DNA of 64,000 nt from Carcharhinus amblyrhynchos (Eukaryota), in contig OZ336878.1 of NCBI GenBank assembly GCA_965287045.1, positions 63,736,001 through 63,800,000 on the forward strand. Reading direction: 5' to 3'. Shown one piece after another: positions 36,851-48,010 of the stretch (positions are counted from its first letter, which is position 1; every line of letters starts with the position of its first letter). The notes below the pieces were generated by a model. That model saw only the letters and a list, made by a program, of their open reading frames with translations. It was not told where the DNA came from and did not search any database. Position numbers and translations under genes: made by a program.

Positions 36851-39324
36851 ACCATTGTCTCTTTCTCATTTTCGATCTGATTACGTGGTGGGCTTCTGGG
36901 TGTATTTGCTCTGCTTAAATTAGGAAATGATTTTGATTTTCTCTAAGTACTCCCATATTCCTGATTCATTTATTTGAATCAGCAACAACACACGACTGCA
37001 CAATTCTTATGAATGAAATGCAGTGAAGGCTTCACACAAATTCAATGAGCGGTGAGGCAACGGTTCAGGTGCGCCTACCCTTAATATCACATCACATTAA
37101 TTATTAAGGTGCATAATCTGACATGAGCCAATGCCTTAGGGTGCATTATGGAAACAGAAATGGAAATTTATTTATGCATTCAGCTTGGCACAAGTTTGTC
37201 AAATATGTGATTTAATGTCAAGGGTAGCTGTTTGGGCTGCAGGAGGACACACAGTGCTTTCAGTGCATCACCTTCACCGATGGTCGGTTCAGGACAGGTC
37301 AGAGCTGATAGCCAGGGTCATGATAGCAGGAGTGTGTCTGACAGCTCAGGCTTGGAGCCGAGACTCGAGGGCAGGGGTAAGGCTCCAAGAGTCAGGGTCA
37401 GGTCTGACATGACAGTGAGATCATCACCTGTATCAGGCCTAAATCAGCCACACTGCTGCTTTCCATGTTCTGCTGACACCAGGACACTTTCAGCTTCTAC
37501 TCAATAAACCAGATCAAGCAGGAGCCAGGTCTCCATTCTTTCCATTTAACTCTCAACCGAGGAGCTTTGCGTAGATGAACGGCTGCTTCTGAAAAATATT
37601 TTATCTTCACGCCTTGCTTCCTGTGTCACAGTACTTATGCAAAATCTTTAATTCAATGTTCGAATCAATAGTACGCAATCAAATAGTTAGACAACTGATT
37701 CAGTATTGTAGAAACTCAGTACACTGGATGGAATTTTACCCATTGCGGGGTGGGCGAGGCTCACAGAACAGAATTCTCCGCTGGCTTGGGCGGAATTTTA
37801 CAAGCCTTGCCTGTGCGATGATGTAAGCTCTATTGCTGTTGGCTGCTGTTCAAAATGAGGTGCTTCATTGCTCAGGATGGAGCATTCACAATTATAGACA
37901 ACTCTCAAGGGGGATTTCTGGACCCACTGCCATGAGAAACTAGATTTAGACAAGCTAACTTAATCTGGGCATGTTTAAGTCAGTTTATAAAGTTGAACAA
38001 AAATGATTTTACCAACTGTCAGTGCTGCAATATAAGGAGTTAACAGGTGGGACATGCTAATGTATGACACTGATGATGCCGTCCCTCTGACACTAGTGCC
38101 ATGCTTTAAATTCTCAAGCAGGCGGTTGGAATGACACCCAAGGGGAGTGATGCACCCATTCTGTAACCTGTTAGATGTAGTATTAATAACAAGTGTTAAG
38201 CAAATAGCAGAATTCATTTGCAGACCATCTAAATATCAAATCCCACGCCTAGAGTCCAAGACAAAAGGACTCAAACCCAGATCACGGTGACAGTTCAGAA
38301 CGTGGTGGTAGTGATGGAGACACCAATGTGGGAAAAAAAGGGCATCAGAAGAGGAACCACAGTGTGAAGAATCTTTTAAAGCAGTTTGAGAAATATCAGC
38401 AGAAGAGGAGGACACAGTAGCTGATGACCGTACCTAGAGAGTAGCCCCTGCCCTTGCCCCACCCATTTGAACAACCAGGGGTTCCACAGTGAGGCCAGCA
38501 GTGGGAGTTCTGGAAATGCCATTCTTTCTTGTAGCAAGCAGCTTCAGTCTTCTGCACACAAAAAAAGCCAAAACTTCATGTTAGGTCCTGTCTTTATGCA
38601 ACAGGTCCAGTAGCAGGTGACATTCTCTTAAACAGAGAGTCCACCATGGATTTTGGTTCCATTGTTAGATTCTTTAACACCCATTATAGCCCAAGGCAAA
38701 ATTCATCACCGAAACAGTATGTTTTAACCAGTGTCATCAATGACCTGGGGAACCATTCCTAATTGATCAATATCACCTCGCTAGTTCTTGGAATATGACA
38801 AGCTAATCCACAATTGTACGATTGTGGGTACTAGAGATGAAAAACTCTCCAATTTTCTGCAGATCAAAGATGATCTTACATTGAATCAAGTGGCATGCGA
38901 GGTCGGCCAAGCTTTGAACATTAAACCGGGCTATAATGTATGGCAAAACTGAGGCTTAACTCCATAGATGGGTCGGCCTATGGGCAGGAGCCCATAAGAA
39001 AGCCCACCAAGCAAACTAAAATAGGGGGGAACGCCACTCCAGAAGCTGTTTTGAGATGCTTGCATAGCATAGGTGCCAGGATAGTCAAGGAAGGAATATT
39101 TCCATTCTGGCAAAACTGGACATTTCAAGCACGTTTGCAAACCCAGCTATTTTAATTGAAGTCACAGACCAGTAAATGTTAACAAAACACATTCCTTCCA
39201 AGAAGTAGGAAATCTAGAAAACAATGACCTTACGAATGCTTCAGGAAGTAGACAATCCAGACTACTGTCCATATTCAGATCTTCAATATTGCTTTCAGGT
39301 TTGGAACAAGAGGTTATGCCAATG

Positions 39325-40030
39325 CGACGCAAAAAAAATTAAAACTACTTCTCACTTCTGAGTAACTGTGGTAAAGACCCAGACCAACAGCTGCCCAGAG
39401 ATGCCCCGTCCACATCAAACATCCCCTCACAGGAATCCCCTCACATACCTGACTTCCTTGCCCCTACAAAGGTAAACTCTGCCCCCCCCAACCACTGTAT
39501 TTCCCCAACACACAACACCCCCGTGGTATTGCCCATCCACACTGGATTCCTCAAATCTCATACCTGCCCAACTTTGAGCCTGACTTGACCCCTTCCCCCC
39601 TAACCGACTTGACAGGACCCCCATCCCACAGACCCAATTCCTCATTCAGCAGGCCCACCCCTGACACCCAGAATCATACCCTCCCCACCCCTCTCCATGA
39701 TCCATTCTGAACTCCACCCCCACTCCCCCAAACCAGCCACGAGGTCTAATGTCCTACCCCCAACCCTCCATCTGACGTCTGAAGCCCCCACCAAACACCC
39801 CTGCAATGTCCATTACCTCCATCATTCCAGGTCTGTCCGATCAGCTCCTTGAGGTCCAACCCCCACATCACCTTGATATCACCTCATGCCCTAAGAAAAG
39901 GGACACGTCCTCCTTCAATTCACCTCTCCTGTACTTTGATGAGGAGACAGCCCAGATCTCACACGGCCTGAATTGGAAGCTCGAGCAAAACACGCAGGGA
40001 TAACATTCGGAGCAGGTAAGTGGGCATGGA
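39325..40030 (+). mobile_element. C-rich non-coding insertion, probable non-autonomous DNA element
   Basis: Interrupts Gypsy; starts aattaaaactacttctcacttct, similar to the reverse complement of 42450-42475. Confidence 0.4.
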
Positions 40031-41569
40031 ATAGCAATCTTTAGCTGATTGTCACTCCAAGCAAGTTACATCCCATTAGCAGATGGCCTTATCTAGTTTC
40101 AGTTGACAACCATTTATCCATCAGACATCAAGTTACAAGGTGTAGAAGGCACAGACCTTCCAATTAAAGGCAGGATTGTTGCTATCATTGTCTGGAAGGA
40201 GCAACAGATCATTGAGAGAATCAATGTCCTCCACAGTCAATGTACATTCTTGTTGAGTGGTGATTTTAGTGTACTTCTAAAAATCCCAGGAAAAGATGAT
40301 GGTCACTACCATTCAGACAACTCTGTTTCATGTAAAAATCTTCAACCTTTTATTTCAAAGCAGTGAAAATTCAGCCTTCAGAGTGGTTTATACACTCAGC
40401 AGTCCATTCCTTTCTACCCCACAGAGAGAGCATCCACTAGACCCAGGGCTGACATTGGAGTTATAAACCTCTCAGTTCATCACAAAATATAGCCAGAGGT
40501 GGAGGATACAAAAAGCACTACAGCTAGCGATGACCATCCCCATGAAGCCCTGCTGAAGTGAATTGGCTTTTCCTACAAACTGATGCGGAAGAAAGCCTTG
40601 CTTCACATGGAGTGATCTCCTACAGGAAGAGGCCCTGGAAAATCCTTTATTTCTCATTGATGCATGCACCTTATGATATCTCTGCTGTCTCTTCTGAAGA
40701 ATCAGCTGTGGTTTACTGAATTTACTGATCTGCCATATCTCCTGTTGTTCATAAAGAGTCTTCCAAAGGGGACGCTTTGTCTGAGACTCTAACATGAACA
40801 TAATGAAGCAACATTGTACAGAGAGGTGTGTGGCTGTGTTACCATAGCCTATAGAAAGTAGACATTCTTTTGAGATGATCATTGGGAAATCATCTCTACC
40901 ACTTTTTCTAACAATCTCACAGGAAGTAAGTTGTTTTTTCCCTTCATTGACTCAGTTCATTGAAATTTTAGACCTTCAACACCTTTTCAGTTTTTCCTGA
41001 AGCAGCTAATGATATGGCTGTGATAGTTTCCTGAACGTTAAAGATGATTCCTCTTGTCAGCTTTCTTCCCAGCGTCTTCAAGGGAGCAATGCATCCCTCA
41101 GATGTCCTGAGTTCTTCACATTTGGTCCCAGAAGGCCCAAAGGTTGATTCTCTTCAGTCTTCCCTTTTGAATCAGTCTTTTGTTGAGAAGTCTCCATTGC
41201 TTTGGCAGTTCATCATTCTGAAACCTATATTCAGCTTCCAAGCAATGATAACAATGGAGATAAAGTATTGTCCTATTCTGCAAATGATAATGTCCTACCA
41301 GATGCAGAAGAAAGTCTCAGATCTCTAAGCCATTTTCTCTAATGGCCGAGAATACGGATGATAATCGAATCCCCCAGAACTGTGACTTTGGAAGGGAAGG
41401 AGTGGGAACTGGAGTAGAATAGAATCAGTGGTTGCAAATTTGGAGTTTCAGAATGTTAGAGACATCAGGTTGTAACTTCCAGTGTTGTGTCAGTTGAATC
41501 AGATTGCCACTCCGCTTGGGTTCATACATTGAAATTCTGCCAATCTGAGCTCATCTGACTTTTCAACTC

Positions 41570-42680
41570 TGGCCGAGTGAGGTCTGTAAAGTGCAGCATG
41601 TGCCTGGGGCCTGCTGAGAAGGGCTGCAGAGTCAATGTTCAGGGAGCATCTTCCTCTTTTTCTGGGTCACTAGCTGCTATAAACCAAGTAAGTTTGAAGT
41701 TCCAGCCAGTTTAAAGGTCCTTGCCAAGCCAGGAAGAAGCTAAGTGTATAAGGTAAGTAGATAGGATTTGGGGATTTGGTTGGGTCAGGCTTTGAGGGGG
41801 AGTGTCTTGTCAGGTCAACTCCTGAGGGATGTCAAGTCAGGCCAAGCCTTGCGTGGAGTGTCAGGCCAAGTCAAGCCTTGACTGAGGTGATTTTGGGTTG
41901 GGTCGATGGGTCGGTTTTGATCAGGTCAGGCTGGGGAGGCAACATTGAGAAGTGGAGGTGAGAGTTGGGGCTGGCTATGGCAGCAGTGCAGGCTGGTTGA
42001 TTATCAGGCCTGGCAGTGGTGGGAGGTTGGGGAGGGATTAGAGACTGATGTGGGGCGACCCCATGGGTGGGGGCAGGAAAGAATCCTCGTACAGATGGTT
42101 GTCCCAGTGGGGGAGCAGGTTTGGGTGGGGGATAAGCGGCAGGAATCCAATGGTTTGGGGAAATCCTGTCAAGGGGTGTAGTCTTTTGGGAGTGGGGGGG
42201 GTCCTATCACAGGTGTAGTTGGAGGGGGTTGTGCCATGAGCAGGGTAGCTGGTGGGCGGGGTATTGCCATGGAGAACAGGGTGGAAGGGGAGTCCTGTGC
42301 GAGGGAAGTCTCATGGGCAGGGTAGTTGGTGGGTGGGGGATTCCCGTGGAGAGTGTAAATGGGAGTTGGGATAGTTCCGGGAAGGGAGGGTGGGCGAGGG
42401 GAGTCCCATGGAAGGGGGGAGGGGAGGTGGGGCTGATGTGGAATTGTACAAGAAGCTAGAAATGATTTTAATTCTTCCAACTTTTTCTGGGTAACTATTG
42501 ATGTTTGCCATTTAAATTGCATTTTTGGTTGTAGAGAGCAATTGTCCATGGAAAGTTTGCACTTCTTACTTAGGAATGTCTGGGGGGGTGGGAGGCGGGG
42601 GGGGTTGTGGTTCCCCAGCACATCTTTGAAGTATACCCCTCAAATCTGACAGCCAGGAGTTCAAAGGTTCTGACCCACAG
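41570..42680 (-). mobile_element. G-rich insertion, apparently the same family as 39325-40030 in opposite orientation
   Basis: Dense G-runs at 41760-42435; shared motif agaagctagaaatgattttaatt. Confidence 0.4.
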
Positions 42681-43122
42681 TTTCATGTTATTGTTAAGAA
42701 GTAGGGTAGCATACTTGGGAGAGGTGTAACATAAGAGAGGTCAACAGGTGCGATATGTTAAAATATGACATAGACACTGCTGTACCTCTGACATTAGTCA
42801 GTTACTTGTTAAGACTCAAGAGACAGAGAGAGAGGTTGGCATCATGTGTTAGGGTGATGTGCCTAATCTGTAACCTGTTTAGAAGGAATACTAATTAACA
42901 AATGTTAAGCAGATACCAGTGTTTGTCTCATCTAAGAACCAATTTTTTTGTTTTTATTCCAATTCAATCCAGTCAAGTCCAATTCAGAGTCTCAACAAGT
43001 TGAGACATTCCTGATCCAAGCTGACAAGACAGGGCTCTCACCTCCTGTCTTGGGCTTGGTTGACATGATCCAAGCTGATTGGAGAAGGCGTAGCTCCTCC
43101 TCCAAGGCTTGATCTCATTTGC

Positions 43123-43143
43123 ATCTTAGCCAAAAGGCCGAGA
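43123..43143 (-). pseudogene. RNU2: Second U2 snRNA fragment (nt 7-27)
   Basis: tctcggccttttggctaagat is an exact match, followed by gcaaatg and agatcaag (nt 24-31). Confidence 0.85.
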
Positions 43144-43214
43144 TGCCGCTTTTAAAAATTGCTTCAAATGAAGCTAAAATGTAACCTAATGACTTCAACC
43201 AAGCGCAGCATGTT

Positions 43215-43255
43215 GATACTAAACTTGATCTTAGCCAAAAGGCCGTGAAAAGGAT
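43215..43255 (-). pseudogene. RNU2: U2 snRNA 5' fragment (about nt 1-40)
   Basis: cggccttttggctaagatcaagtttagtatc matches U2 nt 10-40 at 30 of 31 positions; the mismatch is G33>T; nt 1-9 are degenerate. Confidence 0.9.
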
Positions 43256-44200
43256 GGTGTAACTCAGAAAGACCCTACAGCGCTCAAATCCAAATTAAAA
43301 GTCAATCTAAGAACCAATTCCTATATCCAAGGCAGAAGATCTCAAACCCAAAATCTGCCAACAGTTTGGAACCAGCACAGGTCCATAATTTCTTGCTTTA
43401 TCTTAGTTGTACTTGCCACTTTCCGGTCCTCCAGCATAACATGCTTTTCCCTGCACTGTCTAAATAAATTAGATACAATCATGATCTGGACATAATGGAA
43501 ACTCTAAGGGTGACAGTCAGCCTGCGTTTGCGATCAACCTGACAATCAGCACCAGGGTGTAGTTTAAATCTTTTAAAAGGTACACATGAACAGTTTGAGA
43601 ACACACAAAATAAATAATTCACAACTATCTCCAAAAGATATCTGAGTTAAGCTAAAATGGAGCACTGTTTACCACAACACTAAACATTCAAGAGAAGTAT
43701 GCACCCCAGGAAAATAACTGAGGAAGGATTCTGAAAAATTAATGTTCAATTAATCGACTAACTTATTGGCCATGGATAACTCTCTAAGCATTGGTTAAAT
43801 TCAGTGGAACAGCAGAGAAGCAATTATGTAACATACACACCAGTGTCGTCCCTTTTGAAAGGGGATGGCTGCATAGCCTAATGTCAACACAGATAAAATA
43901 ATGAAAGCTATTCCAAAGGCAGGCTGAAGGAGTAACTGCACAGAAAAACAACATGAAGAAGCCTGTGCCTATTCTGAAGGAGAGGATTCTATGTGACAAA
44001 TCTCAAGACTATGCAAGGATATTATTTATAAGTATCCAGTGAATCAAAGTAGATCAGTTCAGCTAGTCTTATAAAAGCACTTTCAAATCGATCAAAATAG
44101 CCTACCTTTTATGGCACTGAAGTGCACCAATTAAAAGGCCTGGAAATTACTGTCAATAGCAAAGGAACATCTTGTGTATCTACCCGCTATTTTTATTCAG

Positions 44201-44297
44201 TTTTCATCATGCTGCTAAAGTAAATAGGCAGAAGAATGTAAATGAACATAATGAGCACCAAGCAGCTGATATAGATTTCTATATTAAACATGCACTA
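44201..44297 (+). CDS. Candidate 97-nt exon
   Basis: Acceptor atttttattcag, donor CTA/gtaagt, open frame FHHAAKVNRQK..FYIKHAL; no homology recognised. Confidence 0.2.
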
Positions 44298-44399
44298 GTA
44301 AGTAGATCGCAAAGCAAAATATTAACTGCAAGAAAACAAAAATCAGCTAGAAAGAAAGATTCAAAAAGCTTCAGCAATGAGGCAGCTACAAGGCAATAA

Positions 44400-44688
44400 G
44401 GTTTATTTATTGGTGTCACAAGTAGACTTAAATTAACACTGCAATGAAGTTACTGTGAAAATCCCCTAGTTGCCACATTCTGGTGCCTGTTCGGCTACCC
44501 TCAGTGAGAATTTAGCATGGCCAATGCACCTAACCTGCACATCTTTCGGACTGTGGGAGAAAACCAGAGCATCCAGAGCACACAGACATGGGGAGAACAT
44601 GCAGACTCCGCACAGCCAGTGATTCAAGTCAGGAATCAAACCGGGGTGCCTTGTGCTGAGAGGCACAATGCTGACCACTGTGCCACCC
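44400..44688 (-). mobile_element. V-SINE variant with alternative tail
   Basis: HE1-like head and V-domain, ending ttgtgacaccaataaataaac. Confidence 0.85.
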
Positions 44689-44691
44689 ATA

Positions 44692-45045
44692 AGGGAGGCA
44701 ATGGCCTAGTGTTATTATCACTAGACTATTAAGTCCAGGAACTCAGTTAATGTTCTGGGGAGCCAGCTTCAAATCCCACCTTGGCAGACGGTGGAAGTTG
44801 AATTCCATAAAAAAAATCTGGAATTAAGAATCTGACAATGACCATTGTCGATTATTGGAAAAACCCATCTGCTTCACCAACATCCATTAAGGAAGGAAAT
44901 CTGCTGTCTTTACCCTGTCTGGACTACATGTGACTCCAGAGCCACAGCTATTTGGTTGATTCTCAACTTCCCTCTGAACAAGGGCAATTTGGGATGGGCA
45001 ATAAATGCTGGCCAGCCAGCAACGTCCATGTCCCACAAATAAATA
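44692..45045 (+). mobile_element. SINE family B, full length
   Basis: A-box tggcctagtg, B-box cttcaaatccc, tail gggcaataaatgctggcc. Confidence 0.85.
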
Positions 45046-47804
45046 AGATAAGGAGAGTTATTTACGGAACATATAAAATATAACTACATTAACAAAGCAG
45101 AAAATGACAATGAAAATAAGTAAATAAATTTAGAACACATCATGAACATAGTGAAGAGAATGATAAATAACTGGAAAAATGACCCAGTTTTATCCATCCT
45201 TGCAGCCTCACTGTTTCTTTGTCACATCATGATTCCTCCTGACCCAACCTTCCACTAACTTCTCAGCCCAGTTTCAACTTCCAGCCTCTTGCGTGTCCTC
45301 AGGCCAACCCAGCTGAACACATTGTTAATAGTCAGGTCCATGTGTCAGGAACCATGGTGGCATCTGGAAGATCAACTCTGAGACATTTGTGTATGCCCTG
45401 TATGCCCCTTGGAAAGAAAGAGAGAGAATCAGCAAAATATCGAAACAACCCACAGGTGGAGTGAGAGCTGCACAGAGCACAGTGAAGACATAGGGGACAA
45501 CATTTCTGATTCCTCTCTGAGGTGGTACAGGAGGAAGGAAGGCATGGACGACAGCATGCCAGAGATTACCAGCATGTCCCCACCTCTGGGCCCATTTTCA
45601 TTTTCGATGGAGCCGGATGGAGCAACAATTACCTGCCCACAAGAAGTGAATAGCCTATTAAGCCATTTAACAGGTTTATTTATGCTACTCAGCAGAAGCC
45701 CACTGGAAGTCCCCAGTTGGTTGCCGTACTCCCTCCCCCACACCTAACATCTGGCCATAGCTGGGGCCACTGGTCATCCATTGGAGGGATTGTCCCCCAA
45801 GATGATGGACTGGCAGCTCTCACTCTCTCTCACTTGCATCAATGGTTCCCATCTCAGACTGGGAAGCTGCCAATGCTCCGATGCTAGAGGGCCTTTTATT
45901 GACTTTCCAGCTCCTGTTTCCCATCCTTAACAGAACAGCAAGCGCATCCCCTGGCCATTCTGACAAAGATCCCATCAGGCATCTGATGCCATTGCTGAAG
46001 TGGTGTTTAGACCTGGAACTGAGAGAAACCTGGCCCCAAAACAAAATTCTAACGCAAGGGAAAGAATTACAAAAAAGACGGAGATCAAAAAGATATCAAA
46101 GGAGAGAGAGAGAAAATACAGAAGACAAGCAAAAATAACCAAACAATGGAACAGAAATGGAGAGACAATTACAACACCAAAGACAACGTGCAAACATATT
46201 TGTCCATGTGTAACACTACAGTAGATTGGCTAGTGATATTCAAATATTCAACATTATTGAAACAAGCTTTCAACCTTAATGAACTATCATGTCAAAAATG
46301 CATTTTAATAAATAAAGATGGCATCTAGCATCATTGTGTCTTGAGTGATGGAGCTGCAATCCCTTTGATCAGTATTTGATGATATTCCTGCAAAACACAG
46401 GAATATTTAACTACCATTAATTTGCTGCTGTATGTACTAGATCCAAAGACAGATAACAATACCGCTTCATCCCAGAATATAAAACACGAGATATATCTAT
46501 TTTACATGCAAATTTTTGTTATTGCGCCTGCATATATGCCTATTCAGTCAGCCGATCATAGAACCATGCTGTTCAGTTGAAATGTTAATTCAGTCAGTGA
46601 GGGGCCAAGAAGGTACATCATGATTTTTTTTAGAACAAATTAAAAGCATAAATGCAGCATGGCTTGGGAAGTAAGGTAGAGATTGCTTTGTGCAGAGGCG
46701 GTTAGGAATGCGGAGGGATTAGCTCCAGAGCTTCAACTTGATCAAAACCTCTGGTTTTTGTGAGGGACAAATGCTTTCCCCAGTTACAGCAGGTTGGCTT
46801 GCTTGTCTCTATTGACACAAAGTATGCAATCATCGGAATACCAGAGCCACCCTACACAGAACTGGATTCAGACCATGTGGTTTGGAAGATTGTGCATTTC
46901 CTTCATTTTTCTATCCATTCTTTGAATGTTAGTCTCATGAATGGCCCTCAAGAAGCTGCAGGTGAGCAGCCTTCTTAAAACGCTCCAGTTCACAGAGATG
47001 CTCTTAGGAAGGGAACTCCAGGATATTGTCCCAGGAACACTGACACAATCCTGCAACTGATCCTGTCCTCCGAGTGCCCTGAAGTTCCACATCCAATGAA
47101 TCGGCATTCAGAAATGTGTCATTTGTCTGGTTGGCAAGCGTAACATTTTACTTTGCAGGAACACGAGAACAAAATCTTTAACCGTTATATTAAGAAAAGC
47201 TACATCTTATCAGTTGCAAACCTTTCTGCTGGCAATGATATCAACCAAGAACCTCGTTACTCCACCAATTACAAGACTTCCATGCAAAACATCTTTAGGA
47301 AGTATCATCTCCAACTCCTACAGATTTAGCTCATCAGAATACATGAGAATGCTCTTTTATAAAAGGGCAATTCTTGAGCAGGGTGATTTTGTTCGTGGTT
47401 GTAAAAAAACCATGCAATTGTGAAACACCTGTAATAATGGTCTATCAACACCACAAGCAGCGGACAGAGAGCAAAGTAAAATGATGATAGTCAGAAAGTA
47501 CTGCAGGAAGCAATTTGACATCTCAATCCCCATTGCTTTTTTCTTGAAAGGCATAATTCATATTTCATAAGAGTGTGTAGAGTTCAAAAGGAATCAGAGC
47601 TCCTGACTAGAAAGTTTGTGAAATCAAAAAGGAGACAATCGCAGATCTTTTTAGGAGAAGGAACTTGAAAGGCATGGATCTTCAAAGTTTGGAAAATAAG
47701 TACTGAATTAATGGTACCTGCTATATCATTGAGACAGTCTATGATTTACAATGACCATGCAACACTGACAAACAAAAATAATCCAGCATTTAGCCCTACT
47801 GAAC

Positions 47805-48010
47805 TTGAGTATTATGGAAAAAAGAGACATGTTATCAAAGCTTACCATCTTGCACTCATCAGGACAGATATGAATGATTACCGACTGTAAAGGGAACAAT
47901 TTATACTGCATGAGAAGAGAGTGCTGATTGGTTGGCAAGTGAATTCTGATTGGTAGCAGAGATGCCATGGAGAATGCACCAGGGAACAGTTAACTGCCAA
48001 GGTTTTCTTT
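47805..48010 (-). mobile_element. Penelope-like terminal fragment (another family) with decayed hammerhead core
   Basis: Minus strand cctgatgagtgcaagatggtaagctttga at 47835-47863. Confidence 0.5.

Larger units (their letters stand above)
42945..43304 (-). mobile_element. Retroposed 360-bp element with two U2 snRNA 5' fragments, A-rich tail and 15-bp TSD
   Basis: TSD atctaagaaccaatt at 42930-42944 and 43305-43319; minus-strand tail aataaaaacaaaaaaa; interrupts the Gypsy 3' LTR relative to the 5' LTR. Confidence 0.9.
38026..43373 (+). mobile_element. Degraded full-span Gypsy: 5' LTR 38026-38302, PBS from 38303, gag about 38450-39140, pol remnants about 40050-41560, PPT 42717-42724, 3' LTR 42725-43373
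   Basis: LTRs share blocks aacaggtg, cctctgaca, ctgtaacctgtt, tgttaagca, ctcaaaccca; gag IVGTRDEKLSNFLQIKDDLTL and knuckle GKTGHFKHVC; protease-region ORF PSDIKLQGVEG..LLS; tggtgg follows the 5' LTR. Confidence 0.8.

Noticed and set aside
36515-36923. Six overlapping ORFs
   Set aside because: Artefact of the 26-bp GC-rich minisatellite
40472-40882. 136-aa minus ORF, first considered a Tx1 or host exon
   Set aside because: Better explained as antisense to decayed Gypsy RNase H remnants on the plus strand
43123-43255. Functional U2 snRNA gene
   Set aside because: Only the first about 40 nt are present, with no Sm site or 3' stems, inside a TSD-flanked insert
46760-47107. Exon-like ORFs with a gtgagc donor
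   Set aside because: Overlap a decayed LINE tail at 46940-47030
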